The notes: generated by a model from the letters alone, not told the origin. A stretch of DNA of 64,000 nt from Lama glama (GCA_028534125.1 CM052818.1:24802001-24866000); one strand, 5' to 3'; shown: positions 51,801 through 64,000, numbered from the stretch's first letter. Numbers and translations are program-made.

Positions 51801-54800
51801 GTAGTTTCAGCATAGATGGGACAGGGAGAGTGGGAGAAAATGAGACTGGACGATTAGGAACCGTTCACCAAGGATCTTGTAAGCCGTGTTAAATAACTTG
51901 GATTTCATTCTAGAAGCAGTAAGAATTTGAAGCAGATGAGTGATAATTTTAGATTTGTGATTTTAAAAAATTACCAGGGAAATGATATTTTAAAGTGGAA
52001 GGGAAATAAAAAGGAAAGGCGGGGGGAGGTGGTTAAACTCTTACAGTAGTTCAGGCAGTGAAAGCTGAAGAACTGAACTAAGGCAAAAGGTGGGGGCAAC
52101 GCAATAGAGGCCATGAACTCCAGAAAAAGTTAAGGAGCCTAGAATAACTTCCAGATGTCTGATCTGGGCAACTAAGAGACACTAGTCAGTCACTGATACA
52201 AAATGCGGGGAAAGGAAGTAGTGTGTGTTCAGTGCAAGATGCCCAGGTAGATACTTAAAGTTACAGCCCTAGGGTTCAGGTGACAAGTCTAGGCTGGAGA
52301 TGTAGATTCAGACCCAGTACATAGATGGTAAGTGGCCTAAGAAAATGAAGAAATGTATTGAGGTATGAACTACAAGGAAAGGAGAGTGTGCTTAGTTGAT
52401 ATCTGCAAGTTTTGCAGTGCTTAAATAACCTCCAGGTAAAAGGTGTCCAAACACACACTTGAAGACAAAGATCTGGGACTCAGGTGACACATCTAGGCTA
52501 GAGCTTTGGATGAGAATGTCTTCAACTTGGTGATGGATGGCATGTGAGAGACTGAAGAAGAAATGCATAATGTGGAAAAGAGAATCAAAAACCACATTTT
52601 TTTTTGTATTATGGTAACATCCAGCTAAACTCTGATTAAGCACATTAACCAGATCCTATGAAAGTAGAGAATTATTTTTATTTCTATGGAGTTTATTTCT
52701 GAATACTTCCTTCCTTTGAATAATTTTATGATACTGATATGACAGGGCCCTTTTGTTGAAGTGATAGCAGATTGGTTTTGCCCAAGTTTAAACAAAATAA
52801 GAATGCATTCACTTTTGTCACATACTAATAGAGTTGGCTCCCATAAAATAAAACCTGTTAGTAGAAACATGTGCATAACGGTCAAAACTTCCAAAGGTTC
52901 TGCATGAATCCCTGATGCTTAGGAAAGCGCTTTGTGATATACGTGGACAAAGAAAGTTTTCCAGACTGTTTCTCTCCTGTGTGTGTGTGTATCTAGGGTG
53001 AAAATAATCTCTCAATCTGGGTTTTAATGTGTTCTGTAGTAAGATACTGATCCAAATATTTTATAGTCTTTCTGCCTGCAAAGTTTATATCCCCAATTCC
53101 AAATCTATGGATATAGTACTATTTACAATGTGAATTTTTATTTCCTGAAAAACCTTAAAAAAAAAAAAAAGAAAGATGAGAAAGAAAATGATGAAAGGAA
53201 ATAAGGTTTGGAAAACACTATGGCTTTGTGTCGTGTTAGTGGAAGAGCCCCCTTAGTGGGTTTGGAACAAGTCTACCCCCAAAACAACCAAGCACTAATT
53301 GTTAAAATCAGACCTTTACATCTTAGCAACAGATTGTATAAACGAAATAGAAAAGTGCATTGAAATGTCCAAGGCAATGCTTGTTCACTGCATTAGAAAC
53401 ATAGAAATAATATTTTGAAAAATTCTATGAAATCTGGAAACACTGATAGTGGCAATGATGAGGCAGAGGACAAAGTATGAAGTGATACTTAATGGAGACC
53501 AGTGAACTCACTGGGGAGATGTCTGCCCCAGCCCTGCAGTCAGTACGTTATTTTAGGTAGTGCAACGTCATGCTTCATCCCATCTTTTGAGAAAGATGCA
53601 AATGAGCAAAAAGCAAACTTACAAAAGGGACTTTATAGAAAACATATTCTGAGGGTTAGCATCCGTTCAGCCCTGTTCACGGAACAGCGTTCCTGGGAAG
53701 ACTCCAGATCAATGGGCAAGGTCTGCTCCCTGTGAGAAGTCAGCGAAGTGTGTGAACACTTTAGAGAGATTTCCCCCATGTGATTACATTTTTATAAGTT
53801 AAACACATAAGGGCTTAAATTTCAGTTGTCTAAATATTTTACCTTTCTGAAATATCACACTGGCTGGTTAGATATGGTGTTAGTTAGAAAAAGTAATTGT
53901 GTAATAAATGTTAAGTACTCTCTAACTTGGGGAATACTTTAGTGTGTGTTGTCTGAACATGTAAAGATGATTTACCGATATGAACAGGTTAATTATTTTT
54001 GTTTATATCATTTTCTTTAACATACAGTAACATTGGGTGTTCTTGACCTTTAGGGTTCCTTTAGCCAGCAGAGCTTACATCAAGACAGCAGGGCTGAGAT
54101 CTACCACAGCCTGGGCAATGGCCTGTCTCGCGGAAATTAAGGTACAGAAGATGTTTTCATTCTTATCAACAGAAAAGCAAGGTCCGTTCCATAATTAACT
54201 CACACAGTCTCTTACTGATGGACATCTTGGTTGCTTTCTTTTCTTTTTTCTTTATCCCTTTTTTTTCTTTTCTTCTTTTCATTTTTTTCTTGCCATTACA
54301 CTTATGAACTGCAGTGATATGTTTTTATATATCGTTGAACTTCTGAGAGTATTTTGGCCATGAAAAAGCTGAGTCAAAAGATCGCTACAATTTATTACTT
54401 CTCATTTTTTTTGTCACCATCATGTGGCCTGTACAACCTCTTCTTAAAATTCAAGTTTTTCCTCTGTGACCAAGATCTTGATCAATTTTTGCAAATGCCC
54501 ATGGACATAAGAAAATAATTTTATTTTTTGGTCAAGAAATGGCCTCTGTATCTTTACTTAACTATTTTACTATCTGCTCAGTTCTGAAAGTGGTATTTTG
54601 AAACTTACTATGTTATCACATTTTTTAAAAGATTTTTCATTTTTATTAGTTGTCCCCTCATTTAGCTGCTGGGTAGTTTGGTATATATATCCGACTATTA
54701 CTGCTTCATCCTGAATTGTGCCTTTTTATTGTTATGTAAAATTTTTGTTGTCTTGGTTTGTGAATCTAAACTTAAATTTCACCACATCTTATTAACATTG

Positions 54801-57800
54801 TCACTCTTCTTTCTCTTTGCATTTTCCTTTGCAGTACTTCTTGGCACTACTTTATTTTCAGGTTTGCTTTCAGTGGGTTCTTTGTTTTACAAACACAGAG
54901 CTCTGTTTTTAACCCACTCTGCTGGCCTCTGTCTTTCAATGAAAGAATTCAGTATTGTGACCTGTTTCACTCTGTTTATAATTGTTACAGTTTACTCTTT
55001 ATTTTTGTTAGTTTGATCATGTTATTTCATTGTTGTCACTGAGGCTGGAGATTTTACTTTGCATTCTGTTCTATGAATGGTTCCCTCCCCCAGCTCTCCT
55101 TAAACACATAGGACTCTTCTCTTACTTTAAAACAAGACATCAACTCTTTTCTCTGCCAAGACACTGTTTTCACCACCAGGACACCCTAATCGTCCCCCTC
55201 TGTCTCCTCTCCCCTATCCTAAGATGAGACTTTAGGGTACTTTTTTCTCTTTTCCTGCCCCCACCTTTACTCCTCCCTTCAATGAGACCAACTCCCAACT
55301 ACTAGAGTGAACTAAATTATTTATTATGTATCAGAATTTCCCTTAAAATAAATCCTTTTGTTTCAAAAGTTATTATACAAGGCTCAGTGGTTGAGCATGT
55401 GCTTGGCATGCAAGAGGTCCTGGGTTCAATCCCCAGTTCCTTCATTAAAAATAAATAAGTAAATAAATGAATAAACCTAATTATCTACCCCCCTCCCCAA
55501 CAAACAAACAAAAGATCTTATCACAAAAGTTCTTGTCCGGCACCTACACTACACAGGCTGTCCTTAGTCACTAAGATACAGTGTGTATCACACACTTTCT
55601 GTGTAAACACGCAGAGGTGCAGTGTGAGGGGCATGGCTCCTGCCTTTGTTCTTCGCTTTGTCTTTCTCCCTTTGAAGGTCTTCGCTCTGGTTTATTTGTT
55701 GCTTGGTTAGTCTTTTCTTAGGTACTTTCCTCAGGTGTGGTGTTTGAGCAATATACTGTCAGCCTCCTCCCCATGCTCAGATGTCCTCCTCTCATCCTGG
55801 GGACGCCCCCCTTGACTAGACGCCAGGTTCCCGGCCTGCGGTCCTTCTCTCTCAGCGGTCTGTAGGCGCTGTTCCGCTGTCTGTTAGCTCCAGTGTCACA
55901 GGTGTGCAGTTGGTGCCAGGATGACTTTTCTTTTCCTTTATACCTTGTTCTCCCTGCTTGTAAGCTGGTGGGGGTTTCCTCTTGACTCCTCTGAAGTTCA
56001 GGAATTAGTACCAGGATATACTTATGTAAGTGTCTTTTCTACTCAGCCCAGAGCTCAGTGAGCGGGCCGCCTGAGTTCTGATCCTGGCTCTGCCACTTAC
56101 TGGCTGCGAAACGTGAGGTAAGATACTTAACATCTCTCTGCCTCAGTTTCTCATTTGCAAGATGAAAATAATAATTTCATAGAGTCATGTGAGGACTAGG
56201 TGAATTAGCATTTCTCAGGTAGTTAGAGCAGTGCCTAGCATACAGAGAGTGTGTAAGTGGTAACTTCTGCCTCGTGATGTTGGGGAGAGGGAAGTTCCCC
56301 CTCCCACCCTTGAGTTCTTTTGGCTGATCTAATAATTAAAGTGACATAAAACAGATTACCAGGAGAAAAAAATCAAGTTTCATTCATATGCATGGAAGTC
56401 TTATAGAAATGGGACCCCTGAAGTGACCGAAGCAAGCTATTTATATATTATCTTTAGACGAAGAAACAATTATTAGTGAAGATTTAATGAAACAAGGGGG
56501 CTTGTGCTGTGGTAGCAGACTAGTGACAAAGTAACAGTGTTTTTTCATACAACTTTCTTAGCCTTGAATTCCCTAACTGTGTTGATAAGGATGCTTTCTA
56601 TCCTGGTAGAGGGGGGACACCTTCACATGGGAGATTTATTTTCTGATTTCAGGAGGAAAGAAGGGGGTCAGAGTGCCTTTATAAAAAATATCTTTTCTCT
56701 TTTACTGGCTGTTTCTCAAGTCACTTTAATTCAAAATAATCAATGTGTCATTGAGACATATTATGGGGCAGCCTTCCCTGGACCCCAAGAGTAATAATGA
56801 TTATAGTTATTATAATTATTATATATTATTATAGAATATATAATAATTATAAAAATCATGTTTTCCCTCCAGCTTAGGCACTCTTTCATCCATTATTTAT
56901 TTAGTTATTATTTCCTTAACTATTTTGCTTTAGTGACTTTAACCTTAAACTGCTTCCTTTTTTCTGCTTCTAGGATTCCTGTTACAAACATGTTGAGCTT
57001 CCCGATCTCCCCTCCAAGTCGCTTACCCTTTCTCACATGGTTTCCGTCTCATTATATTTTGGCTCTGCACTTTGAGTTATTCTTGGACATTATCTTCCAG
57101 GCTATAACAAGAGTCATAGAGATGTGCTCTGCTTTATTTATTGGAACATTTAGCTTTAAAATCATGGGGGTTTTTCAGTTTGAGAAGTTGTGTGCGCACG
57201 CGCTTTATGTGATGTCTCTAGAAGCTCTTACCTTTTTTCAGATGCTTATCTGTCTCCTCCAGTAGTTCTGTTCACCAGACGTGCATTCTGTTTGTTCTGC
57301 CCGTGTTCTCTCTAGCTGCTGAGGGACCTCCTCCCGTTAGATGTGCCGTTGTTCTTCTTGGTTGGCTCAGTGGGGCTCAAGAGTGGGCAGTAAGGTATTT
57401 AAATGGCCGGAATCCTGTAAGTGGTAAAAGGCAGGTGGATGTCTGGCACCCCTGGGCTTGGTAGTGTAAGGAGACTCTCAGCCGTGCTGGGACACCCTGT
57501 TCACTGGTCTCGCTGCAGGTCCACAGGTTTGGGAAGGCCAGATTCTTCCCTGGCTCCAGTGATCCTGCCTTCTGGGCTCCAGTGATGGTCTCCGATCACT
57601 CACCCAGCCCAAGGCAAGGAAGCCACACACCGGCTCCTTCTGGGACCACAGCAGAGCCCAGGGCTTCTCTCAGTGCCAGGTGCCTCTAGTTCTGAGCATC
57701 ACTTGGCTCAGAAGAAGTAAATAGCTTGGAGTTGAGAGAAAAAGCAAAGAACTACTTCCACATCACCACGTTCCCAGAATCTATGATTTTCTGTTTTGTT

Positions 57801-60800
57801 TGATTTAAATCTTTAGGTCCAGTTTCTTTTAATAAGGAGAAGGGGGTATGATTACAATTCATTTTTTCCCAAACTGCCAGTGATTTCACCAGTGTGTATT
57901 TACACATAAATTTATTTACCCACCCACAAATTTGAAATGTTACTTTTACCTTGATGTAGACATACATTTTTCAGAAAAGTAGAAAGTAAATGATTGGAAA
58001 AGAATCCACAGATAATACTCAATAAATTTTCCTTTACTGTCAGTTTGCCCTGCAAGGACCTAGAGTAAAAACTGTTGCTCTAAACGTGACTACCAACAAA
58101 GAGGGTCCATTAAAGCGGGTAAGACGTAGCACAGCAGAGTGTTTTTGCAGAGGGGATGCAGTGATGACCCACAGTGTAAGCTAAGTCATCTCTGTGTCCA
58201 GCCTTGACCCAGGCCCCTCTTTGGAGCTCGGTACCCAGAGCGGCACACAAGCAGCTCGACCTTGGGGAGGCCAGTGCCTCAAAACATGAAAGTTAAGCCT
58301 GGGGACGTCAGATACATTTCATGTGTACTGTAAACCATTCTCCCTCCTATATGTCATAACAAGTAAGGAAAATCAAGTTAGTTATTATTTTAAGCAGATG
58401 GAAACACATCTCTACTTCTGCCTGGTACCCAAATGTCATGGCTTGAAAAGGTCCTACAGTAAAATAAAGAGATTGAAAGATACTTGAGGTCAGACTACCT
58501 CATTGAACGGGGACCTCAGGGGAGAAAGAGCACAGGGTCTGGTACATTTTAAGATCTTAATAAAAATTAGCCCTGATACCACTATTAATTTTAAACAAAA
58601 CTACCATTTACATCTTCATTCTTTTTGTGACTTTCTGCCCCTTCCTGGGGGATCCATATGATTCCCACCTTAGAATTTAGCACCCAGGGAAAGTCTGTCC
58701 CTTTCCTGAAGGACATTTTGTTTCTTTCCCCCAGGTACCCCCTGGCTCTGGCTGAAACCTGGCTGTCACTGAGCGCTCGGCCTCCTCTGTAGACAGACCA
58801 AGGGACCCCTGGGCCTGGAGGTGGGGTAGGTGTCCGCCTTGCCCCCCACTGCCCCTTCTGCCCCACATCTCATTGCCTTAGAGGCATTCGCTGTCAGATT
58901 GCCCAGGTCATATGCAGATCTCTTCCTGTCATTTCTGTAATAGCATAGACCTGTATTCCTGTCAGAACTCTTTATGATCTCAGTGTCCACTGTAGTCTGG
59001 ACACTGTGTAGTCTGTGTGGTCTGATCCCTTAATGTCTTGGCTTCCCTGCCTCTGATGACCTGCCTCAGTTACATCCCAGACCTTATCATCCCCAGAAGG
59101 GTATACCTTCCAGAAAATCTCAGTTTCAAGAATCCTGCTCTTAACCTCTTTCTCTTTCCCATCCACTTCCTCTTGTTCCCTGACACGATTCTTTAACCCT
59201 ATGGGACCTCCAGTCATTTGACCCTCCTCACCACCTGTCCTCAGTCTTCTTTCACAGCTTAAACTTTATGTTCTATCATTCCAGTCATTTCCTTGCTGGT
59301 GCTTTTCATTCTCCTGCTTCCTGTTTGACTTAAATGTTAGAATCAGAAGAGGACTTTAACACGCTCTCCTCACCAAGTCTACCAGCATATTGGAACCTGC
59401 GCCCACATCCACCGCCTTGTCAGCATTGTAAATAAATGAGCTGTCCTCGTCTCCAGCACCGGAGTCCAGGCTTCCATTCCCTCTTGCCTACTTCAGAGCG
59501 TTTTTCCCTACTGGGTTATTCCCATCAGCATGTAAACATGCTGTAATAGACTGCAACTTAAAAAAATATAACCCTCCCCTGAGCCCGCATGCTCCATCGG
59601 CTACCGTCCCTTCTCTGCTTCCCTTCACAGGAAGACTTGTAGCTCACTGTGAGTATTTGGTGTCTGCTTCTCCTCTTCCCACTCTCCCTTGTGCCCACTT
59701 CCGTCAGGGCTTCATCACCGACACTCTGCTGAAGATGCTCACCTTTCTAACCTGTTCACACTTGGACTCAGATATCACTCCTTCTTGAAGTGGATGTGTC
59801 CACTTTGTTGTGGGAGCCCCTCCCGAGGTTCCACTGCCGTGCCAGGGCGAGCTGCTGGCCATATGCATTGCTGCGTCATCACTGACCAAACATCTGTTCC
59901 TAGATCACCAGTGTCCAACCCATAGACTTTTCTTTTTTAACTTCTCTCGCCTCCTAGATGGCTCATCCAGTTCTGATGCTTTAAATACCATTCATAAACT
60001 GGCTAACAACCACTGTTCCTGATTTACATCTAAATTTATATCTGTAGCCTGAACCTCTCCTCTGAACTCGATGCTTATGTCCAATGACTCACTTGACATC
60101 CATGCTTGGTCTAAGAGGTATCTCAAAATTAACATGTCAAGGACTATATACTCTTGTCTCCTGTGTAGCTTTTCCTCCCCAACACTTCCCAGCTCAGTAA
60201 CAGGCAACTCGTCTTCCCGACGCTCAGGTCAGAACCGTCAGTCACTTCAGACCTTTTCAATCTTTAACATTCCACATCCAATCCATCCTGTTGGTTCCAC
60301 CTTTAAAATAGACACAGAATCCAACTACTTCTCACTGCGTTCACCAGTAGCACTCTTTATTCAAGCCACCATCACTTCCACCTGGATTCCTTAACTAGCC
60401 TCCTTGTAACACTCTTAACCCCTCTGTGGTCCACTCTCAACAGAGCAGCCAGAATGATCCCTTTGAAATGTAATGTCATGTTACACCTCTGCTCAAAACC
60501 CTCCAATAGTTCCCATCCTTCAGAACAGAACCAGAATCCTTATAACACCTACAGGATCTGATGTGATTTGACCCCCCCCACCCCCCAGATGGGAGAGTTA
60601 CTAGTTTTTTCTCCAAATTTCCTGTTCTCCTCCCGGCTACAGATAGGATGACAACTTCCTGGCTTCTTCAAATTGTGTGTGTCATGTGACTGACCTGCCA
60701 GTTAAATGTTGGGGGAAGTGTGTTGTATGTCACCTCCAGATGGCACCTCTCAGAGCCAGTGCATCATTTGACATGCTTTCCTTCCCTCTGCCACACTGAT

Positions 60801-61872
60801 GGCAGTGCTCTACATGGTGACCGCTTTGTCACTGGCTTCCAGAGTGAGGAGCAGAAGCAGCCCCAGGTGTGATGCTGTGGGCATGTGGCCTGAGCTACAT
60901 GGTGCTTTAACCCTGAGGACTTGGGGGCTGTTCCTCCTTGCCTGGCCACCTCTCTGATGTAATCGCCACCTTGCCCCCTCACTCACTGTGCTTGGGCCAC
61001 ACTGGTCTCCTTCCTGATCTTTGTGCTGCCAGGCATGCACCTGCTCTAGGGCTTTAACCTAAAATGTAATAAAGTGTAAAAAGGAATCTTTACTCTGAAA
61101 TACTGATTCCTCAAGCTTTAGATTTATTTTTTTTTTAGATTTCTTGTATAATACCTATTATAATAGGTTTAGTAATATCAAGTCAATATTTCTGTCTGTA
61201 GGCTGGTGCATTTGTTTTAGATCCAATGTGTGGACTTGGAACAATACTTCTGGAAGCTGCTAAAGAATGGCCAGTAAGTTCCGAAGTTGGCAGACCAAGC
61301 GTGTAGTTATTTTAATCAGTGTGCGTGTGTCACTTACAGGTAGACTTTCTGTTTGGGGATGAACTTTTAATCACATGGGTTGCTATTGACTGTAGTCAGG
61401 ATGGATTATGAAGGGTTAACTAAATTGCTACGCTCCTTCTGTAAGTACTGTGATAAATTTAGGAACTTATGACAGAGTTCCTGTAATTAGTCATGCCCTC
61501 GATTATACAGATCCCTAAATTGCTTAGACATCTGTAATTGTAAAATATTAACAGATTTTACACTTTTAACAAAAACTTTTGTTTTTTGCTACTGAATATC
61601 ATTTTAAAGAAATATTCTAAATTTGTTTTAACATAAATTAACAAATTAATCTATTAATTTCATTGTCATCATTTGAGAAAATGCAGGTTGATTTTCTTGA
61701 CTCTAAAATGTCTGATGGGTTTATTTATTCTTATAATATGAATTTCTTTTCTCGTAGGACGTGTATTATGTGGGTGCTGATGTCAGTGACTCACAGTTAC
61801 TAGGTGCATGTGACAATCTGAAAGCTGCAGGCCTTAAGGATAAAATTGAGTTGATTAAAGCCTCTGTTACAG
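36470..61872 (+). CDS. THUMPD2: THUMP domain-containing protein 2 (U6 snRNA guanine-N2 methyltransferase), coding exons 1-8; 3' exons lie beyond the window
   Basis: Eight GT-AG exons (126+136+401+78+53+88+72+115 = 1069 nt) splice in one uninterrupted frame. Contains N-terminal RFFCTAGRGLEPF, THUMP-region TFRVSCRCSG and FGWKADLRNP, and SAM-binding motif VLDPMCGLGTILLEAA. No stop codon is reached inside the window. Confidence 0.95.
37550..39900. mobile_element. Intron 1 cluster of MIRs, a MER5A and an antisense L1MC fragment
   Basis: MIR cores at ~37550-37820, ~38210-38420 and ~38460-38680; MER5 at ~38850-39050; L1MC-like 3' UTR at ~39080-39900. Confidence 0.6.
41910..42185 (-). mobile_element. 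L1MA/MB 3' end
   Basis: TAATTGACATATAACATTATGTAAGTTTAAG...GTGGTGAGAACATTTAAAATC...TTATAACTGGAAGTTT. Confidence 0.75.
43401..43446. repeat. Perfect 20-bp inverted repeat with 6-nt spacer, (TG)n/(CA)n-based
   Basis: AGTGTGTGTGTGCACGTGTG-cagaca-CACACGTGCACACACACACT. Confidence 0.9.
43480..43670 (+). mobile_element. MIR
   Basis: GCCTCAGTTTCCTAATCTGTGAAATGGGGA core. Confidence 0.8.
43766..43901 (+). CDS. THUMPD2: THUMPD2 coding exon 2 (VEYISGKVFFTTCSDLNMLKKLKSAERLFLLIKKQLPLNVSSGSK)
   Basis: Acceptor tttttctatctctag|GTT; donor AAAG|GTACGG; 136 nt; continues the exon 1 frame. Confidence 0.95.
45156..45192 (-). pseudogene. Tailless tRNA-Ile 5'-half retropseudogene
   Basis: Reverse complement GGCCGGTTAGCTCAGTTGGT(7-nt gap)TGGTGCTGATAA matches tRNA-Ile nt 1-38; perfect 15-bp TSD CTATGTAGCAATTTA at 45144-45158 and 45193-45207. 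Confidence 0.85.
45298..45698 (+). CDS. THUMPD2: THUMPD2 coding exon 3 (GKIFNEMQRLINDDPESW...TFRVSCRCSGAIAKTFTAQ)
   Basis: Acceptor ttttatttatttag|GA; donor CAG|GTACGC; 401 nt; matches ORF 45315..45755 up to the donor. Confidence 0.95.
46551..46628 (+). CDS. THUMPD2: THUMPD2 coding exon 4 (EVGRVFGIALMKQFGWKADLRNPNLE)
   Basis: Acceptor gcttttccag|GAG; donor GAG|GTAATG; 78 nt, phase 0-0. Confidence 0.95.
48245..48495 (+). mobile_element. L1 3' end (L1MA9-like lineage)
   Basis: AAGTTGTTAAGAGAGTAAATCCTAAGAG...GTATGTCAATTATTTCTCAAT. Confidence 0.75.
48961..49013 (+). CDS. THUMPD2: THUMPD2 coding exon 5 (VFIHLSDIYSVVGIPMFR)
   Basis: Acceptor gtttgttttttcag|GTC; donor CAG|GTAGAT; 53 nt. Confidence 0.93.
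51460..52560 (-). mobile_element. L2 fragments
   Basis: Purine-rich antisense L2 motifs (GGATTTCATTCTAG, CTAGGCTGGAGATGTAGATT). Confidence 0.6.
54054..54141 (+). CDS. THUMPD2: THUMPD2 coding exon 6 (VPLASRAYIKTAGLRSTTAWAMACLAEIK)
   Basis: Acceptor ttcttgacctttag|G; donor AAG|GTACAG; 88 nt; phase is compatible with exon 5. Confidence 0.93.
55381..55512 (+). mobile_element. tRNA-Ala-derived SINE, slightly 5'-truncated, in THUMPD2 intron 6
   Basis: GCTCAGTGGTTGAGCATGTGCTTGGCATGC...GGTTCAATCCCCAG, AAAT repeats, ACCTAATTA tail; decayed TSD beginning CAAAAG and ending ACAA. Confidence 0.85.
56050..56270 (+). mobile_element. MIR
   Basis: ATCCTGGCTCTGCCACTTACTGGCTG...CTCTGCCTCAGTTTCTCATTTGCAAGATG. 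Confidence 0.85.
56275..56790 (-). mobile_element. Solo LTR, MER34/MER39-like ERV1
   Basis: Reverse complement begins TGGGGTCCAGGGAAGGCTGCCCCATAATATG...GATTATTTTGAATTAAAG...TTGAGAAACAGC, similar to MER34-type LTR starts; ends ...CA. Confidence 0.65.
58900..61060 (+). mobile_element. Long L2 relic interrupted by an old MaLR LTR (~60590-60960)
   Basis: Pyrimidine-rich L2 motifs (ATCTCAAAATTAACATGTC, ACAGAGCAGCCAGAATGATCC, CTCTGCTCAAAACCCTCCAAT); MLT1-like GTCATGTGACT...TGTCACCTCC insert. Confidence 0.65.
61202..61273 (+). CDS. THUMPD2: THUMPD2 coding exon 7 (AGAFVLDPMCGLGTILLEAAKEWP; SAM-binding motif I)
   Basis: Acceptor tttctgtctgtag|GCT; donor CCA|GTAAGT; 72 nt; DPMCGxGT motif of Trm11/THUMP-type methyltransferases. 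Confidence 0.95.
61758..61872 (+). CDS. THUMPD2: THUMPD2 coding exon 8 (DVYYVGADVSDSQLLGACDNLKAAGLKDKIELIKASVT)
   Basis: Acceptor tttcttttctcgtag|GAC; donor CAG|GTAAGA; 115 nt; acidic GAD motif at the end of the second Rossmann strand. Confidence 0.95.
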
Positions 61873-63259
61873 GTAAGATATTAAAAATGCAAACATTTGG
61901 AATAATGAACATATGTAAATACATTTTAAATCATAATATAAAACAAGACTCACTTCCCATATATGAAGGTTGAATTCTTTATACCGTGTGATGATATATC
62001 TATGGGCCCAATACTCAGGTTACTTTGAATATTACAATTGTAACTTTTTTATTTTTCAAAAAATTCAATCAGGAACAATATTTATGTAGTTTCCCTAAGC
62101 ATTTAAGTAAAAGCATGCCTTTTTAAGATATGTTTTTTGCATCTGAACCATTTCTCGTATCATAACCAGAGATCACATAATACAGGCATAAAATAAAGAG
62201 AACAATATAATAATAATAAAGCTCTCTGGATATCTTTCAATAAACTATATGAAATGTTTTGAGTCATCTTACCTTCTCCTCGCCTTTGTTCCTCAGTATT
62301 CTTATGATGTATGAAGGCGAGGTACCCAGCCACCCCAGTTTGCTAAACCAGTACCAATTTCAGTACTAAACCTGGGGGAGTCTGGGGCAAACCCGGACAG
62401 CCGGTCACCCTGTGAGGTAGAGGGACACCATTACCCCCAGTTCACTAATGAGGAATCTGCAAACATGATGAGGAATCAAGTCTCTGGAGCCCAAAATAAT
62501 ATTTCCCTAAGAGCCATGGGACTTAGACTGTTTTAGAAAAGGCTCACATTCCTTCTTTCTCTCCCTAAGTACCTTTTTCCGTTAAAAGTGACCACCCTTA
62601 ATTCCCAGCCAAGAAAATTGTATTCCCTTGTCAGAGCGAGAAGAAGTAATGGGTAGGTCCCAGTATGGAACCTGTAATCTAAAGGAACAGAATATTGTTT
62701 AAAAAAATTTCATTGTAGTGGAAAAGTAGCAGAGATGAGTTATCAACCAGAAGAAAATACTCGGATGACTTTTGTATAAGTGCATAATAAAGCATCCTCT
62801 AAGAAAAGACTGTCTTATTGACTGAGATCTCGTTTGCTGCCAGTAACTCTTTCTAGACTTCCTGTCAAGGTTTCTAACAGAACTCTGCATAAGACACACG
62901 TTTCCAAAGGAAGCTGAGGAGTGATTAGACCGAAATCAAGTTTTCATACACCCTAATTTCTTTAAGAAAGCTGTTTTTTGAGACCTTCAAGAAAGGATGG
63001 AATGGCTCTGTAAGTAGCTTTAGAGCAGTGATTTTTTTTCCAAACCCTCTACAGTCTCCAAAGGGCCGTGGCAGCATGAGGAAGGAAGCACTCCTTTGCT
63101 GTGCCCCCAACACCACTTTTACCAGTTTTTATGCTTCTATCATTTCCCATAAGATTTCACTTTAAAAACAAGCAATGGAGCTTAATTGTTATTTTTTTTT
63201 AAGTGTCTTAAAAAAAAAAAGTTCTCTGTGATACCAAGTAGTCAATACATCTTAGTTTT

Positions 63260-63660
63260 TTGAAAGATCATTCTAACTACCAAGTTAAGAATAGATGATA
63301 GTGGGGCAAGGATGGAAACAAAGAGACTAGTTAAGACTACTGCAGTGATCCGGGTAAGAAAAGAACGAGAATGATGCTGGGCCTTCTGACTGCAGCTAGA
63401 GGGTGGAGTTACCCTCCATTGAGCTGCGGAAAACTGCAGGGGGAGTAAGTTGGAGTTTAGGGCTTGTTCAGTTCTGCATGATTATTAGACACCATGTGAA
63501 GATGCCAAACAGTAGTTCAGTATACAGATCTGGAGTTTAGGGGAGAGGGTGGGCATCACTAGTGTAGATAACATTTAAATCCCTGAGATCACCTAGGGAA
63601 TGAGTACAAATAGAGAAGAGAAGCTTTCTCTGAGGATGACATGCTTAGAGTTCTGGAAGG
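63260..63660 (-). mobile_element. L2 fragment
   Basis: GAAAGATCATTCT...GACTACTGCAGTGATCC...GAGATCACCTAGGGAATGAGT. Confidence 0.65.
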
Positions 63661-64000
63661 TGCTATTTTAAGGAGACTAAGTCCAAAGTTAAGTATTTAG
63701 CACATGCAGCTGAAGGAAATGCATTTAAATATCACTCTATGAAGCATGACTTTTCATTTAGATCAAATGACCACTCTTCTAAATTCATTTTGCTCATTTA
63801 CAATTCCGAGTTTTCTTACGTACATAAACAAAATGAAGTTTTATCTGTTAATATGTTGGCTCCATTGGCAGAAGACCTCTGCAGAAAGTTACATGTTGCC
63901 AGTTTTATATCGGTGTTAGCAGACGTTTCACAAAGGGAAATCAGCTAAGTCAATTCCAGTAGTGATTTAGCTTTTCTCCCCCCAATTCTAGGAAATTAAG

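Noticed and set aside
50813..57265. Intronic ORFs of 112-147 aa (50813-51256, 54678-55016, 56858-57265)
   Set aside because: Low-complexity or hydrophobic translations of T-rich or repeat-derived intron DNA with no recognisable homology.
63971..64000. Acceptor-like CTTTTCTCCCCCCAATTCTAG|G at the window edge as THUMPD2 exon 9
   Set aside because: Joined to exon 8 (phase 1) it reads GGA AAT TAA, an immediate stop, and the methyltransferase domain is incomplete. No donor is visible, so a poison exon cannot be assessed.
1..64000. CRISPR arrays, operons or other prokaryotic-type systems
   Set aside because: The sequence is clearly mammalian, and no regularly spaced repeat-spacer structure was seen.

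Overview
Mammalian genomic window, most likely a camelid. This is inferred from seven copies of a simple tRNA-Ala-derived SINE of the camelid vic-1 type, cetartiodactyl-type L1 3' ends, and no recognisable Alu, BovB or PRE elements. The first ~36 kb is repeat-rich and shows no supportable host gene. It holds nested L1/Tigger insertions, a 500-N gap, and a decayed ~6.7 kb two-LTR class I (MER4-group-like) provirus with a perfect tRNA-Leu PBS and gag, integrase and env relics. It also holds a twin-primed L1 and several SINEs. From a CpG island at ~36.3-36.85 kb, the + strand carries coding exons 1-8 of THUMPD2 (THUMP domain plus SAM-dependent methyltransferase, U6 snRNA m2G). All have GT-AG junctions and splice into one open frame of 1069 nt; the gene continues past the window. 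I see no convincing new multi-gene system. The best oddities are three retrotransposition fossils: (1) a TSD-flanked tailless tRNA-Ile 5' half with a GAT anticodon and a deletion ending at G26, possibly recording I34 and m2,2G26; (2) a SINE + L1-fragment + SINE composite inside one 20-bp TSD; (3) a polyadenylated MaLR LTR fragment whose insertion site was apparently reused by an L1. Repeat family names come from recall and were not checked with RepeatMasker. Boundaries of old repeats are approximate.
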